Origin: Sphaeroforma arctica JP610
Taxonomy: Eukaryota
NCBI RefSeq assembly: GCF_001186125.1
Contig: NW_014040527.1
Coordinates: forward strand, 161,105-193,380
Length of the DNA stretch: 32,276 nt
Reading direction: 5' to 3'
In this document: positions 10,301 to 23,162 of the stretch, in pieces
Layout of the letters: each line of letters opens with the position of its first letter
Position numbering within the stretch: position 1 is the first letter of the stretch
Position numbers and translations under genes: made by a program
Notes under the pieces: generated by a model
What the model was told of the DNA's origin: nothing
The model's database searches: none
The model's input: the letters and a program-made list of their open reading frames with translations, nothing else

Positions 10301-12075
10301 GTTTATAGGAGTAGCGTCGTTGTCAATTTCGACAAGCCCTTGCCTAGTCCTTGTGTCTAAGCTGAAGGACGCGTCCTCTTGGAAAAGACAGCGATAGTGA
10401 AGTCAAGCTCTATCTATTTATATACCCGTTAAAAACTTAAACATACACTATTCGTGGTGAACTAATTTTTATTTATTAGCTTCAACTTCGAGAGGTATAG
10501 GTACGCTCAGTATGTCTGGTTTTAGTTGTGTTTGATAGAGAAATCACTGTATCACTAAAACTTACGAGGTCTGCTATCTCTATGATATTGTCATAATTCT
10601 GTAACATATCATAAACTGATATATGGCTTTGAAATACAAGATATATGTTTATCGTCATGCTAGTTCATGTAGTCCGGTTCGTGCCATCGGATAGTGCCCT
10701 TGCAGATACCACTTTGTCATGTAGTGGCCATTGATGGCTTAGTGGTGTTTACAGTTTCATTTACTCTCTCGCTCATTCAGATTGTAGCCGCACTTCTTGC
10801 AGCAATGGCACTTTTTTCAATCAAAATTGAGGCTTATGTCAGATTTTATGATTGGCTTTTTTAATAGAGCTCACGTCTCTCTGCGCTTTGTTTTGTCTAT
10901 TTAAAAGATAATGTTGTGTTGATTTAATACATCACACCTTTTTGGGTACTTCCATGTGTAGGTGCGACTGTTCATAGTAGTGAAAATGAGTTTCATGTAG
11001 ACCAGTATGCCGCGAACAGTAGTGTGCTTTGCGAAAGACTTCTTGAAGCTGGATGATCTCAATCGCGATCATCTTCAAAGAAGCAATCTAGAATCATTTC
11101 CTTCAAGTTGCTTCAATTTAGAGCTACTCATTAGCTTTCATTGGCTTCCAATCGTTGTTTACATTCCTCATTGTTGCAGATATGAGCAACTGCATCGAAA
11201 ATATGCTCCTTGATTCGAGAAGCAATCGATTTTATACAATCTTGCGATTTTAGGGTCTTACAGTACATTCATTGGTAGAGAACTCATCTGCTATACGAAC
11301 CGGGATCAAAGTTCTAGATTCGTAACCAATACGGGATACCCGTGCTTTATACACGTTTTTTACTAGTGCAATAGTTACTGTGTACAAATACAAACTTGAC
11401 TATTATTATCTTCACGCTCAGTTGCATCTATTGACAATATAATGTCAGTCCTATCCATTCCGATTTGCGGTTTATAAATTTGTGCGTTCGCATGTGAACC
11501 ATATTTTTTAATAAACTTGTTTGCGGTGTTCCTTCGAATTGGTTTGGTTACCAAAATGGTCATTTGCATCCGGCTGGGTCAAAGGTTATTGATAAGTATT
11601 TCGAATAGTTGGAGGTGCAAGAAGCCTCGAAATTTTTCATTGAAGCCAGTGTGGTCGAAATTAAAATGGAATTTGACTGAACTAGGTCCGCAGCATCGCT
11701 TTTATATAAGTATTCTTAAGCAACTCGGACATCTGTGTTGGATATAGGCATCCATGCACCTTTAGAGTTCATGGCTGCTGCTTTTTGTTTATCTTGCTCT
11801 TGTTTCACATGGTGAGCCAAACCATCAAGTGTTGGATTAATGTAGTAGATGTAGCTGACGAATATGTCATATAGATTGTATATCAAATACATAGTTTACT
11901 ATTTAAGTATGGTGAGCCAAAAAAAAAAGTGTAGACTTAGTTCAATAGCATGAAGCAGGAGAAATGGTGTCTCCGGATACGAGCCACTATACGTTTACAT
12001 TTGAATAATGCATTTACCTTTTACATTAATAAATAGCTAAGGTCGCTACAGTAACATGAGTGCAGCAGTTTTGTC

Positions 12076-12214
<139 letters not shown>

Positions 12215-12288
12215 GGGGCTTGACGGGAGCCTCATCTATATCCAGAAATAGTTCCGTCCGTTGTATATACACAATGTTAAATACATAT

Positions 12289-12523
12289 GGGCTCTAAGTC
12301 ATACTGTTGACTATAGTATTCTGTGCCACAAGAGTGAATATATAGCACTTTTTAGCACACTTTGGATATCCTGATATCCAAGGATACGATTGAAAATTAA
12401 AATAAAGTTTTTGAATCGTGCTATTTTAGTCGACCTAAAGTCGTATTTTTCATAAGTTTGAATAAACATACGACTTTCTCAACTGGTCATTTTTAGCCAC
12501 GCTCTGAAAGTTTGATACAGCCC
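12289..12523. mobile_element. Candidate 235-bp MITE-like element with short TIRs and three internal hairpins
   Basis: Ends GGGCTCTA (12289-12296) and TACAGCCC (12516-12523) are 7/8 inverted. Internal stems at 12362-12381, 12386-12419 and 12437-12477. No clean TSD. Confidence 0.3.
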
Positions 12524-15500
12524 TTTAATATTAAAGTGAGCTACACTGTATACATAAAATCAGTCGAAATTGTAAGTTGGTGATGAGGAATTGATGTGAA
12601 TCTGCAAGTATTGCTGTTGCGAGCTCGCCTGTTTTAACTCGCGCATAGCTGCCGTTTGTGGGCATATAAATGCAAATGCCTCTATTGTAGTGTTGGCCTC
12701 CCTAGTTGTGGACGTACAAATGCAAATTCCTCGCAAATGCCTCTGTGGTAGTCTTTGAATCTGTTTAGTATCATCACATTCATCAAGTGTGTCTACAGCT
12801 ACGTTTTGACTTTGCGCATCATCACAACTATGGTCACTTTGCAAGTAAAGCTAAAGCAAATTGGCAATCGGTTTCCCGGCATACAGTAGTACTTATGAAT
12901 GTCAACTAAATCGGTGCTTTATAAACATATACATTTAGAGTACCGTTCTATATTGACTTGATGTTTAATTTAATAAGGGCGAACGCAGCAGAAGTAAGTC
13001 TAATTCGCCATTGACATAGCAAGGCTTAATTTGCCAGTAATCAACTAAATACGTTCCACAATACCAAGCAGTGTCGGCATTTAATCTTTGGTTTACCTTC
13101 AGTTGTGTTTTGCGAAGTATATAGTGTTAGTATGACGACCATAATGACTGGCGGTATAGTGTCTTTTGTGGGGACCATTACAGGATTCTTTTGTATCTGT
13201 TTCCAAGTCTATAAATATACATTTGTATTTTATGCTTCACCAAGCGGAGAGCTGCGTGTCTCGAAGTCTGCGGCCTAGATATGACGCCAGGATGAAGTCT
13301 GCATGTCTTTGCCCTATGGGAACCCGAAATCGATGATAATGGTTTTATCTATTATTGTCTCCAAATGCTGATATAAACAAAACAACATAGCTATGTCTTG
13401 TATGCAAGTATCATCAGCCATGTACAACACGGTGTGCCAGGTATAATGATTGATGTAACGTATTGAACATCTAAGTTGAGTTGCACACCCTTTAAACTTC
13501 ACGTTTTCCTCTCCCAGCGGAGTATTATATATATCCCATGTTTCTACTCCACTACATATCACTGAGTGATATCCAATATCACCAACCAATAGCGTACGTG
13601 ACGCACTAGCATCGCATATAGGATAGCTACATGCGCCCTACACAAGACAGAGCTGCCGAAAAGTGAAAACATGGCATGTTATTCGCCAAGTAATGAATTT
13701 GTTTTTTTCCAGTCATAGGGCGATATTGTACGAGCGCGTAGAAGACTAAATTGAAAGTAGGTTAAACAAATTGAAGCGCCAGATGAGTGCAAATATCATT
13801 GTTGTAGACTAGGTAATGGCCAAGTGATAGGTATATATTTACGCAATTTGATGTGTATTGATGATTGTTTGTCTCAATCGTATCGAATATGTACTGGTAG
13901 TCATGTTTGAACAAAGAGTTTTACTTCATCGTCTGCATCGTGTAGCTTATTTTAGCGTACATGCGACTATTCCTGACACATTGCGTTCACCGAGCACCCT
14001 CGGCCTAGCGCAAGGTATAAGCTTTTCCCACCCAAAATGGATTACTGCTGCCACACAGACGATACACTACACACAAGGGCCAAAGTGTATGCCACAAAAA
14101 GAAAAACTAAATATTTCGTCTGGCAAATGATGATCTGGTGGGAGCTGAGTGACTGTTTGTCCTTTTTACCAAGTGAGGCTCTCCGGTAATATTTTGCCTA
14201 GTCGTCTTTGTACTGAAGTTGACTCAGTTATTGACCACTCTAGGTCTGAATTGAACCAAAATATATAAAAGAATAAGCCTTTCTGTATATGAACGGCTTT
14301 TTCTCATGTTCCGCATGTTCGTCTGCCACTTCTTTAACATTCTAAGGGTAGTACCATTTTGCGAATATTTGAAGACCACGTTTTGCCACATGGTGTAATT
14401 CTGGATAAAATCGCATTACGCATCATACGAAGTGAAATGTGTTCAATTAGAAGAAATTTATATATACTTAACCTTTTTTTTTAGAATGTCGTGAAGGCCA
14501 AATTATTCACACATTTATCTATTGTACTTATAATTGGTCAAAAATATTCTTTAGTCTTTGTTTGTATTGTTGACCGACCTAAAACCACGAAGATTTTACT
14601 CACAATGGTAATACGTATTCGTCAATATGCAATATGTTGTGCAGATAGCACAGACGCGATACAAAAGCTGCGTAGCAAACCGACCTCATTAGGTTTTGTG
14701 TAATTCATTTATGCATTTTTATGGTACTATCACCGACCTGTATTGACTACTTACAAACACCGGCGGGCGAGCATATTGCTTCCTTGTACATGTGCTTACG
14801 TTTTTACGGTACCAGTACATCAGGACGAGGTTTGTCTTCAGCCAGCCCCTTCCAAGTGACAGCTAAATAGAAGAAATGTCAGCTTAGAACTTTTTACAAG
14901 CTTCAGTATAATACACGTTACTACAGGCACGAAGATATAGCGACAGAGCGGCAGAGCGGCAGAGCGACATATAATGCCGCGTAGGAGTTGTGCAATCAGC
15001 CATACATCACTGCTGAGTTGTATACGACAGAATCAGTAGTATATTACATGGACATTATGCAAGCATTAATAATTTACATAGTATGTTTCGAAATGAGATG
15101 TTTCACTGGCTGTTGGACTATCTTGCATCCTTCAACATTGGAGAGGCCGCCCAAATTTACTAGACGTCTTCATTGAAAATAATTTCTATATTTAGCTTGC
15201 AGCTAAGTACGTGCTGGCGGCAATACCATGTATCGGACTGCTAGAGTCATGAATGCTAGTATTGCCCACCAATTTCGAAGACATAAGGAAAGTCACCGCC
15301 GAGATAGAGAATACGATTTTTCCTAGTAATGCTCCACCGGAGAACTCTAGCTAGCTTTGACAAGTGTAAGTATATATATTTGGAGGTAGGCTTCAACTGA
15401 ATACCAAGTCCTGAGAAACAATTCCAGGTGCAAACTCTGTGATAAAAGCTAGGATACGATATGTATCCTAGGATACGTTGTGCTACCGAAACACAATATG

Positions 15501-17152
15501 TAGGGGTTGTTCGACCAGGAAAGGAATGCAGGTTTGAATATTAACAAATTTGTGCGTTCATTGTCATGCTAGATTTGGAGGTTCTATACCATAATTCGGG
15601 AACATTTTAGAAAATAGATTCAGTTTCTTGCGAACCTACGACAAACCAAAGGGTAAATGTCGTGAATTGTTGGTAATGGTAGTGTTGAGTGTGGGACGAC
15701 CGAGCTGATTTGTGCTTAAATGCACGTTCTGCTGGGTGATAATTGATATATAGGTTTCATGTCTGAATCTGGTATGCCTGTTTAGCGATGATAAAACGGT
15801 CGAGCGGTGGTCTCTGTGAACAAATAGTATTTTAAAACGATCGTGTTTCGGATTAAATTCGATTGCAAAGTTTTCATTGACATTTAAGATTTCCCTTTAC
15901 AGTTGCCTCAGCTCGCTGGAACAGGTATTAATCACATTGAGTCCCTAATTACACTCTTTCGCGTAATCTACGAGTGTTTGAGATCCTCTCATAATGCAAC
16001 TGGACAATGGATTCTGTTCTTCGCTACTTTCGAACTCAGCTTTATTGATTCATTTTATAAAAGTTTGAAATAAAAAGTGACGCATGTGTCAGCGTGGCTC
16101 ACATATACGAGAAAATTTGTTTGCGTTACAGGCTGAAATATTCCAAAACCTGACAAATGGAGAGCGACAATAAAGTGCACACCAACCTCATTACTATTCT
16201 CAGCGGCATTGTTACGATCTGTTGGAATAATATTCCAGGGTCCGCAATATTTCAATTTCATATAATCTATACGGTCGTGAACGGGTATTGTACTGGGACC
16301 AAGTTTTCATGCAAAGCGCATCTGTTGTTAGAAAGGTAGCGGAGAATAATACACGTATGTATCCAAAAGCTCACATATCAGTAATATAAAATCTTTTTGC
16401 TGAATTTAGCAGTATCTGAAAATCGAGCCTTGCAATCGAAGTGGTCCCACCATACTTATGTTTTTTTTATAGATGTAATGTGATGAGAACGGAAAAGGCA
16501 CATTCGGATTAAAATACATAGCTCTGAATTTGGCCTCTTGTACTAGTTAAAAGTATTATTTAAGCTGCTAGGCGCTCCATGGTGTATATAAAGCAAACAC
16601 CAGCAAGTAGTCGTTCTGAGGCAGCTTCCTAACAAAATGTGAAACGCATTTATCGTTAGGCTGCAGTTGACACGGGTCAAGTTTTGGTAGCCACATATGC
16701 AGGCCAATCGCGCCTTCGAGGGCCAATACTAAACCGAACTACATTAATTGTCATAAAAGTAGAGTGCCATTATCGAAACAAAAAATCAAACCAAAGTGGC
16801 TGCCGGACATATCCAGACCAGCAGAGAGATTGATGACATCACTACAGGTTTGTTGCGCCGAACAAAAGGGATCACACATACTATACACACTGGTAAATAA
16901 ATCGATTTTCGAATTTCCATGAAGTAATGTTAGCCACACATTTACCATGTTAGAAAATCTAAATTAAGTCAAGAAGCATCTAAACGAGCAACGGGCCATA
17001 ACAACAATTCAATTCCACGAAATAGTTATAGTGTGGTGGGTCATCCGGATACAAGTTCCGAATATCAACTGTTTATTTGCTCTCGTATATATGCTGACGG
17101 TTATTATACAGCGCCTGTCTCTCAATTCTTACAGTCTCTTAAGCTTCCTCGC

Positions 17153-18597
17153 CTATCTCTCAATTATTACATAGTTATATCCTAGTCTCTCGGCTTCCTC
17201 CAGGGGCATCTCTACCGTTTGCGTAATTCGAGATTCCAGTATACAAAATAACATCCAAATAAACAGCCATGGCCAGAAGAATATGGAGATTACACAGTGA
17301 CAGCAATGATTGATGGGTGACCCCACCCGTCTTTGCACTCTCACCACAACCTGCCCTTGTGCTCCACCCGGATACGCGCCAGCCTGTGGATAACCCGCCG
17401 GAATTGGTTGACTGGTTCCCGTCCCGTGTTCGTATTGATACATCGGCGGGGGTTCCGCATATTCTAAATAACAATCCAGCAACCGAAAGGGCGACAGTTG
17501 AGAAGCGGTGAAAACCAGCCGGGATGAAAGCTTTGTTTCAGCAATATATCATTGTCGGTTTGTCTAAGAAACAGAGCCCGTACAGAAGATACATACATGT
17601 ACATTCATCTCAAGCGGGTGAACAAGAGAACTTGAGAACGGCACACTGATATCATAAGTGTCCGTGTTCTGTTATTTTCGGAACCTTTTGTTATTGCGGA
17701 GTATACAAGACACGCAGGTGTAGAACAAGTAGAAGAAAAAAAAAGGCCAACACTATTTTGCACCAGGCAGAGACGGGTAGGGCAGCTTGAACCTGGCTAC
17801 TTTCATATACGTTTACAAATTCACATTAATACTTGAGAAGCCTTACTCGCCTGTTCGAATTAGAATGCTTGTGCTTTGCACTAGTAGGACAAATATCTGG
17901 AAACCACCGTAACACCTTTTAAGTAGTAGAAGAACTTACCCCTCTGATTTTTATTCAACAAGTATGTCAGAGACATCTTTGTTTAAAAAAAAAGGGCGAT
18001 TCTAGTTGCGTTTATAATAACTAAAAATTGAAGATAACACACTGATATTAAGAGGACTTTGTAGAATCGCGATGCACACATACACATCTAAACCCATGCA
18101 TATACACAATGTGTGGACTACTACTAGCATTCGAGCTATGTCGGATGTAATATACTGAGCGCGAGAACTCCGTGCGCTCACATACTCAATTTCGCTCGCG
18201 GGTAAGTATACTGTATACAGAATTCTGTACACAAATTTCTATATAAACACACACATACACACACAAACACACACGTATATANNNNNNNNNNNNNNNNNNN
18301 NNNNNNNNNNNNNNNNNNNNNNNNNNNNNNNNNNNNNNNNNNNNNNNNNNNNNNNNNNNNNNNNNNNNNNNNNNNNNNNNNNNNNNNNNNNNNNNNNNNN
18401 NNNNNNNNNNNNNNNNNNNNNNNNNNNNNNNNNNNNNNNNNNNNNNNNNNNNNNNNNNNNNNNNNNNNNNNNNNNNNNNNNNNNNNNNNNNNNNNNNNNN
18501 NNNNNNNNNNNNNNNNNNNNNNNNNNNNNNNNNNNNNNNNNNNNNNNNNNNNNNNNNNNNNNNNNNNNNNNNNNNNNNNNNNNNNNNNNNNNNNNAT

Positions 18598-18637
<40 letters not shown>

Positions 18638-19433
18638 TATACATATATATATATATATATATATTAATATAATTGTAAATACAAGCAAACTATCGTAAAT
18701 TTAAAGAACATCAATTCTGACGGAAACACCTTGCGACTGTGTATACTGGTCGTTTCCAAATAAACTCAGTAATAACATCATATAAGCGATATCCTCTAAC
18801 ATACCCGTTACTAGGTCACGGCTCTTGTACTCATCCCTGAGCTATGGAGCATGATTTATGTAACAGTCACATACTACTCCCATATTATCATGCGTATCTA
18901 TAAGAGATAAATGCGTGTCTATAAGAGATAAGATAGACGCTATACACCATACACTCGACATACCCACTGCCAGGATACGGTGCCGAGGACAGTCCCTGTG
19001 CTAATGAATAAGAAGCAGGCATCTCCTCGGGTCTATGTTGCGACGTAGGACCTCCTGGGTACGGCGCCACACTACTCGCACCAAACACAGTTGAGTATGT
19101 CTGTGGTAATGCTTGTGCTGGCTGGTGTTGCTCTGTGCTTGATTGTGAGTATGTCGCAGCCAGGCTCCCACCTGCCCCGGTAGGGTACGGCGTAGTTGGT
19201 GCATTGGCATTGGGCTGGGACGGGTAAGCTGAACTGTGACTACTGTCCGCTGAAGGGTATGAGGGATACGGTGCAGTATTAGAGCGTGGCTGACCAGATG
19301 TCGGTGTGTTGTCTGTACCGGTACCGCTGTAGGTTGAAGATGGTGACGCTACGTTGGGGTAGGGAGGGTAGGGTGTATTGGTATTGGCGTTGTCGTTTCC
19401 CGGGGGCGCGGAGCCCTGGTGCTGGTCCGACAT
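17153..19433 (-). CDS. Pro/Tyr/Ser-rich protein with a C-terminal Cys/His-preceded transmembrane segment. Exons 19433-18964, candidate microexons 17943-17940 and 17850-17847, and 17463-17153 (262 aa in this model)
   Basis: ATG at 19433 (MSDQHQGSAPPGND..PYPPYP). Donor GG|GTATGT after 18964. Pyrimidine-rich TTTAG acceptor before 17463. The last exon encodes YAEPPPMYQY..GYPQAGAYPGG..NHCCHCVISIFFWPWLFIWMLFCIL, with a stop at 17153-17155. The two large exons are well supported; the internal junction is inferred. Confidence 0.75.
18282..18595. other. Assembly gap (N run) flanked by CA/TA microsatellites
   Basis: N run read directly. Confidence 1.
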
Positions 19434-20022
19434 GATCGATAGGAACACGCTATCGATATAGTAAACAAACCTGTTCTGATATTGTATAGTCGGAAGTTAT
19501 ATACAGTTATCTATTTAAGTAAAAAACGTACATACAAGGGCTTTATATAAATACATATAAATACATATAAATAAATATCCGATTCTAATCACTTGATATT
19601 TATGGCCACTCGAGTTAAGCTCTTGAATGTGGGCTGCGCCGCCCCGCGGCGCTCACGCCTCATTAAATACGTTAAAAGTCTCAAATTACAGCATTCAGGG
19701 ACAGTTCAGTATACGTTGCATGTAAACGTAGAAAGTAATTTAAACGTTACAACGTATAATTGGGTCAGTGGTTCACAGTATAAATACCTCAAAGTTGAAC
19801 GTATTTAAACATAGCCTTCTGAAAATTAAACATTTTTAGTTGTTGAAAAAATAAACTGCTCACATCAAATTCCAAGAGATACTTGTGGAAAATCGTGTTT
19901 CCATTGGATAAGAAAACCCCGCTTTTCCATATTAGGTAGCTTTAAGTGACGCCAGGAACCCTGGGGGGATAATGGATAAGGGTTTTTTTAGTCATCGTCA
20001 TGTGTAACATTTAAAAATTTAT

Positions 20023-20069
<47 letters not shown>

Positions 20070-20118
20070 AAATTGCGTAGCGTAAACAATTAAACATTGT
20101 ATTGCTTTCTGGATCATC

Positions 20119-21715
20119 ATGCGTGTACACGTCCTAGCAGGTGCTGCGCTCTGTCTGCTAGCACGTGACTGTAGCGCATCGACGGACGCAACTACCGAAT
20201 ACTACAAAATGAGAAATTCTATCCACTCACAGGTATGTTTTGGTTGGTGTAGCATACTCAGTATTTCTGTTTCTCACGGCGTAGCTTACTCGATGCTTCA
20301 AGGTAAACGAATGCTATTCACCGATACTTGGGATTATTTATTTGGTTGCTTGTTTGATTTGAAGTCTCTAGTGCAAGGGTGAGCAAGTGTTAGTTTAGAC
20401 CATGGAAGTTGTGACCATTCTCACAATTGTGTGTAGTTTCTGAGTAGTTATACTAAAGGTTCATACATTCGATGTAGTTCGTGGTATATATTTGTTAGCG
20501 GTAGATATCATAACAATACCGCGAGAAGAATCAAACATAAAACATCGCTGAACGAACCAACGACAGCAAGATGGTCATGTGAATTTTCCACGTTTTTAAG
20601 CTCAGTGTGCATAGGTCTATCACCAATAACGTACACCGTGAAAGCGTTTATCTCTGTCCAACGGATCCTTTGACATGTATTGAAATGGTTATTACACAAA
20701 TATTTACTGGAGAAAATCTCCTGACCTTTAGTTCTTTGTCATCATAGAAGCAGAAGCGCTCTCATAGCGCACACATAAAAGTGTTGCACACTTTGCTTCT
20801 AATAGTCAAGGTGCCTGCTTAGACATATCTAGCTATTCAGCGGTTTTCCTATAGTCTGTATCATATGATATGTAGTAGCTTCCTCAGTCCAAATCGATAT
20901 TGCTATTTATCATCGAGCAGTGTGCGCGTATGGACCCCACAAACAGCTCAATTTACACCGGCGGCTGTGCCGATCCCGACATGCTATACTTCCACTACAA
21001 TGTAACGTCCCGGATGTTCAGTACGTACAACAACCTGTGCCTGAGCGTACAGAACGAGGTCGATATAGTACTCTGGAACGCCGATGGTGACGGGACAGAG
21101 GCAAACGCGACCAGCACGTCGACAACGGTGTCAAGTGGTAGTCAAGGTAACCAAGCCACCTCGAACGCAGAGACGAGCGCACAGACAAGTACGAATATAA
21201 TCACAAGCACAGACACATCAGCAACTAGCTCTGCGGACGCGAGTGAGTTGGGTAGCGACTACCAAAGCCTTTTAAACTCCTTCAGCCGCGCAGTGGCATC
21301 GCGTCAGAGTGAGGACTCTGCCATAGCCATGGCAACGGTGACGGCTACCGAGACGAATACAACAGCTGAAGCAGCCCAAACATCTCAGGACGGGGACGGC
21401 CTGGTTTCGGGACAGGAGTCCCAGTTAATGGCTTTTGAGTGCAATTCTACGGATACGAAGCAGAAATTCGGGGTCAGCGAGGGCATTTTTGGCCAGTTAC
21501 TGTCGGACTACTACCAGCTGTGTGCCGATGTCGAGCATCAGCACTACAATGCGCGAGTGATCCTATGGACGTGCAAGGACATCAACAACTACAAAGCGCC
21601 GAACCAGCAGTGGTACTCATACGGCTACGAGAGGAATGTGACTGAGCTCAATGAGACGTACTATGAGCGCGATCAGGGTGTGAACGTGCTCTGGCCAGAG
21701 GTATCGGCCGGGTAG
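20119..21715 (+). CDS. Secreted ricin-B (beta-trefoil) lectin-like protein with a Ser/Thr-rich insertion; exons 20119-20232 and 20921-21715 (302 aa)
   Basis: Signal-peptide-like MRVHVLAGAALCLLARDCSA. The phase-0 intron CAG|GTATGT...GCAG|TGT joins in frame. Three ricin-like repeats: QCARM..GGC..LYFHY, NLCLSV..FECNSTDTKQKF and QLCADV..VILWTCK..NQQW. Several N-x-S/T sites. A further 3' exon cannot be excluded. Confidence 0.8.
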
Positions 21716-22127
21716 GAGACCCATAGCTAGCTTGCTTGCTGCTTATGCAAGTACTTGATATATCAGCCTCTAGACGACGGGGTATCTCAACTTATATAAA
21801 CCTAACATAATGATGTTTGCTGCAGTCATGCGGTTTGCCGGTTGGAAGGCCGATAAGGGTTGTCGGCCCTGTCCTGTTCAATGCGGGACTGGTTTCTACT
21901 GGTAAGCTATATGTGGAATGTTCACATTTCGATACCATGTCGTCGGCATTCCGACTGTACAGAATAAGGTTTTGTATAGGCTGACTCATATCGCCATAGT
22001 GTTGAGGACAGTTAAATGTTACATAAACAGAATTGCAGGTCGATCGCAAAGGCGAACGAGTGCAGCCTAACGGACTTTCGAGATTTCGTTCCCGTTGTCT
22101 GAATGAGTTCTAGTAGGCATATTTTGA

Positions 22128-22180
22128 TATATATATATATATACATACATACATACATACATACATACATACATACATAC

Positions 22181-22216
<36 letters not shown>
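22128..22216. repeat. (TA)n/(TACA)n microsatellite between convergent genes
   Basis: Read directly. Confidence 0.95.
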
Positions 22217-22218
<2 letters not shown>

Positions 22219-22639
22219 AGAATTTTGAAAGTCTGTATACCCGGTATATATATATAATCCACAGCAAATCATTAGTACGTATAAAGAGGCAGCATAAATA
22301 TTCGGCTGTATACGTTTACAAAGGTAAAGCGTTTCAAGCATGAAAGGTGTGCCAGCGATCAATACTTGAGGTGTTAGGCGATAGTCACATTAGTAGTGCA
22401 TCTGATCTTGAATTTTTTACAGATAGCAACACCACCCTACACCTTCTGACTGAAACTGGTACGTCTCTCGACTCGTGTTGGTCACCGTCGAGTGCGTCGC
22501 TAATAGAGTTGAGATTGAAATTGGTGTAAATCCGTAGATATATCATTATATTCAAAATATATTTTGTTTCGCTAGTATGAATAAAGGTCACTGTGTTGTA
22601 TTTCTCTCCTCTGTAACTCCCAACCACCCAAGCCTCTCA

Positions 22640-23117
22640 TCACTCGTACTTGATCCGTTTTTCCGTCGCGCACAAGTAGAAGGACTTCTTTATCGCACCC
22701 TCCTGCGAGTGTGCGTGCAAACACCATCCAATCGGACCATACTCACAGTCCGCGCATGTCAGATACTTGACCAAGTCTTCGCTATTATCTTCTTTCACTG
22801 AGTGGGAGAAGCCCACATTCTCGAAGTCGAACATATCCGAGACTTCCCAAAATCCAGTCACCGCTTCAATAGTCTGAATTGGGTAACACATAGGAAATCA
22901 GAGCGATTAAAAATCACATTTGAAAACGGAGCATATTCAGAAACAGTACGCGCATGTGTTCTATTAATAAATTCAGTGATGAAACAATTCATTCCAATTG
23001 ACACGTGCATGATCTGCTCTCGCGCAAACGCAGACGACCAATACCATTGAGGGGTAATGCATTATAAATAGAGCACAACAGCAGAAGCCGATGTGTTTTA
23101 GACAAAACAGAATTCAA

Positions 23118-23162
<45 letters not shown>

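Noticed and set aside
11280..11420. Copia RT-like KFVF..YKARVSRIGY
   Set aside because: An isolated short match with no downstream Copia motifs.
12723..12739. 17-nt match CAAATTCCTCGCAAATG to the reverse complement of ~23590-23606
   Set aside because: It does not extend on either side and is plausible by chance in 32 kb.
13314..13589. 91-aa ORF loosely like a PPPDE/DeSI peptidase N-terminus
   Set aside because: Similarity is too weak, the start is non-ATG, and there are no supporting exons.
14050..14420. Faint resemblance to a KDZ/CxC-type transposase (MNGF..H..H..C)
   Set aside because: It needs several frameshifts and no catalytic residues are clear; not supportable without a profile search.
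19636..19652. GC hairpin GCGCCGC-CCC-GCGGCGC as a Helitron 3' end or terminator
   Set aside because: No CTRR or U-tract follows on either strand; more likely a promoter GC element or chance.
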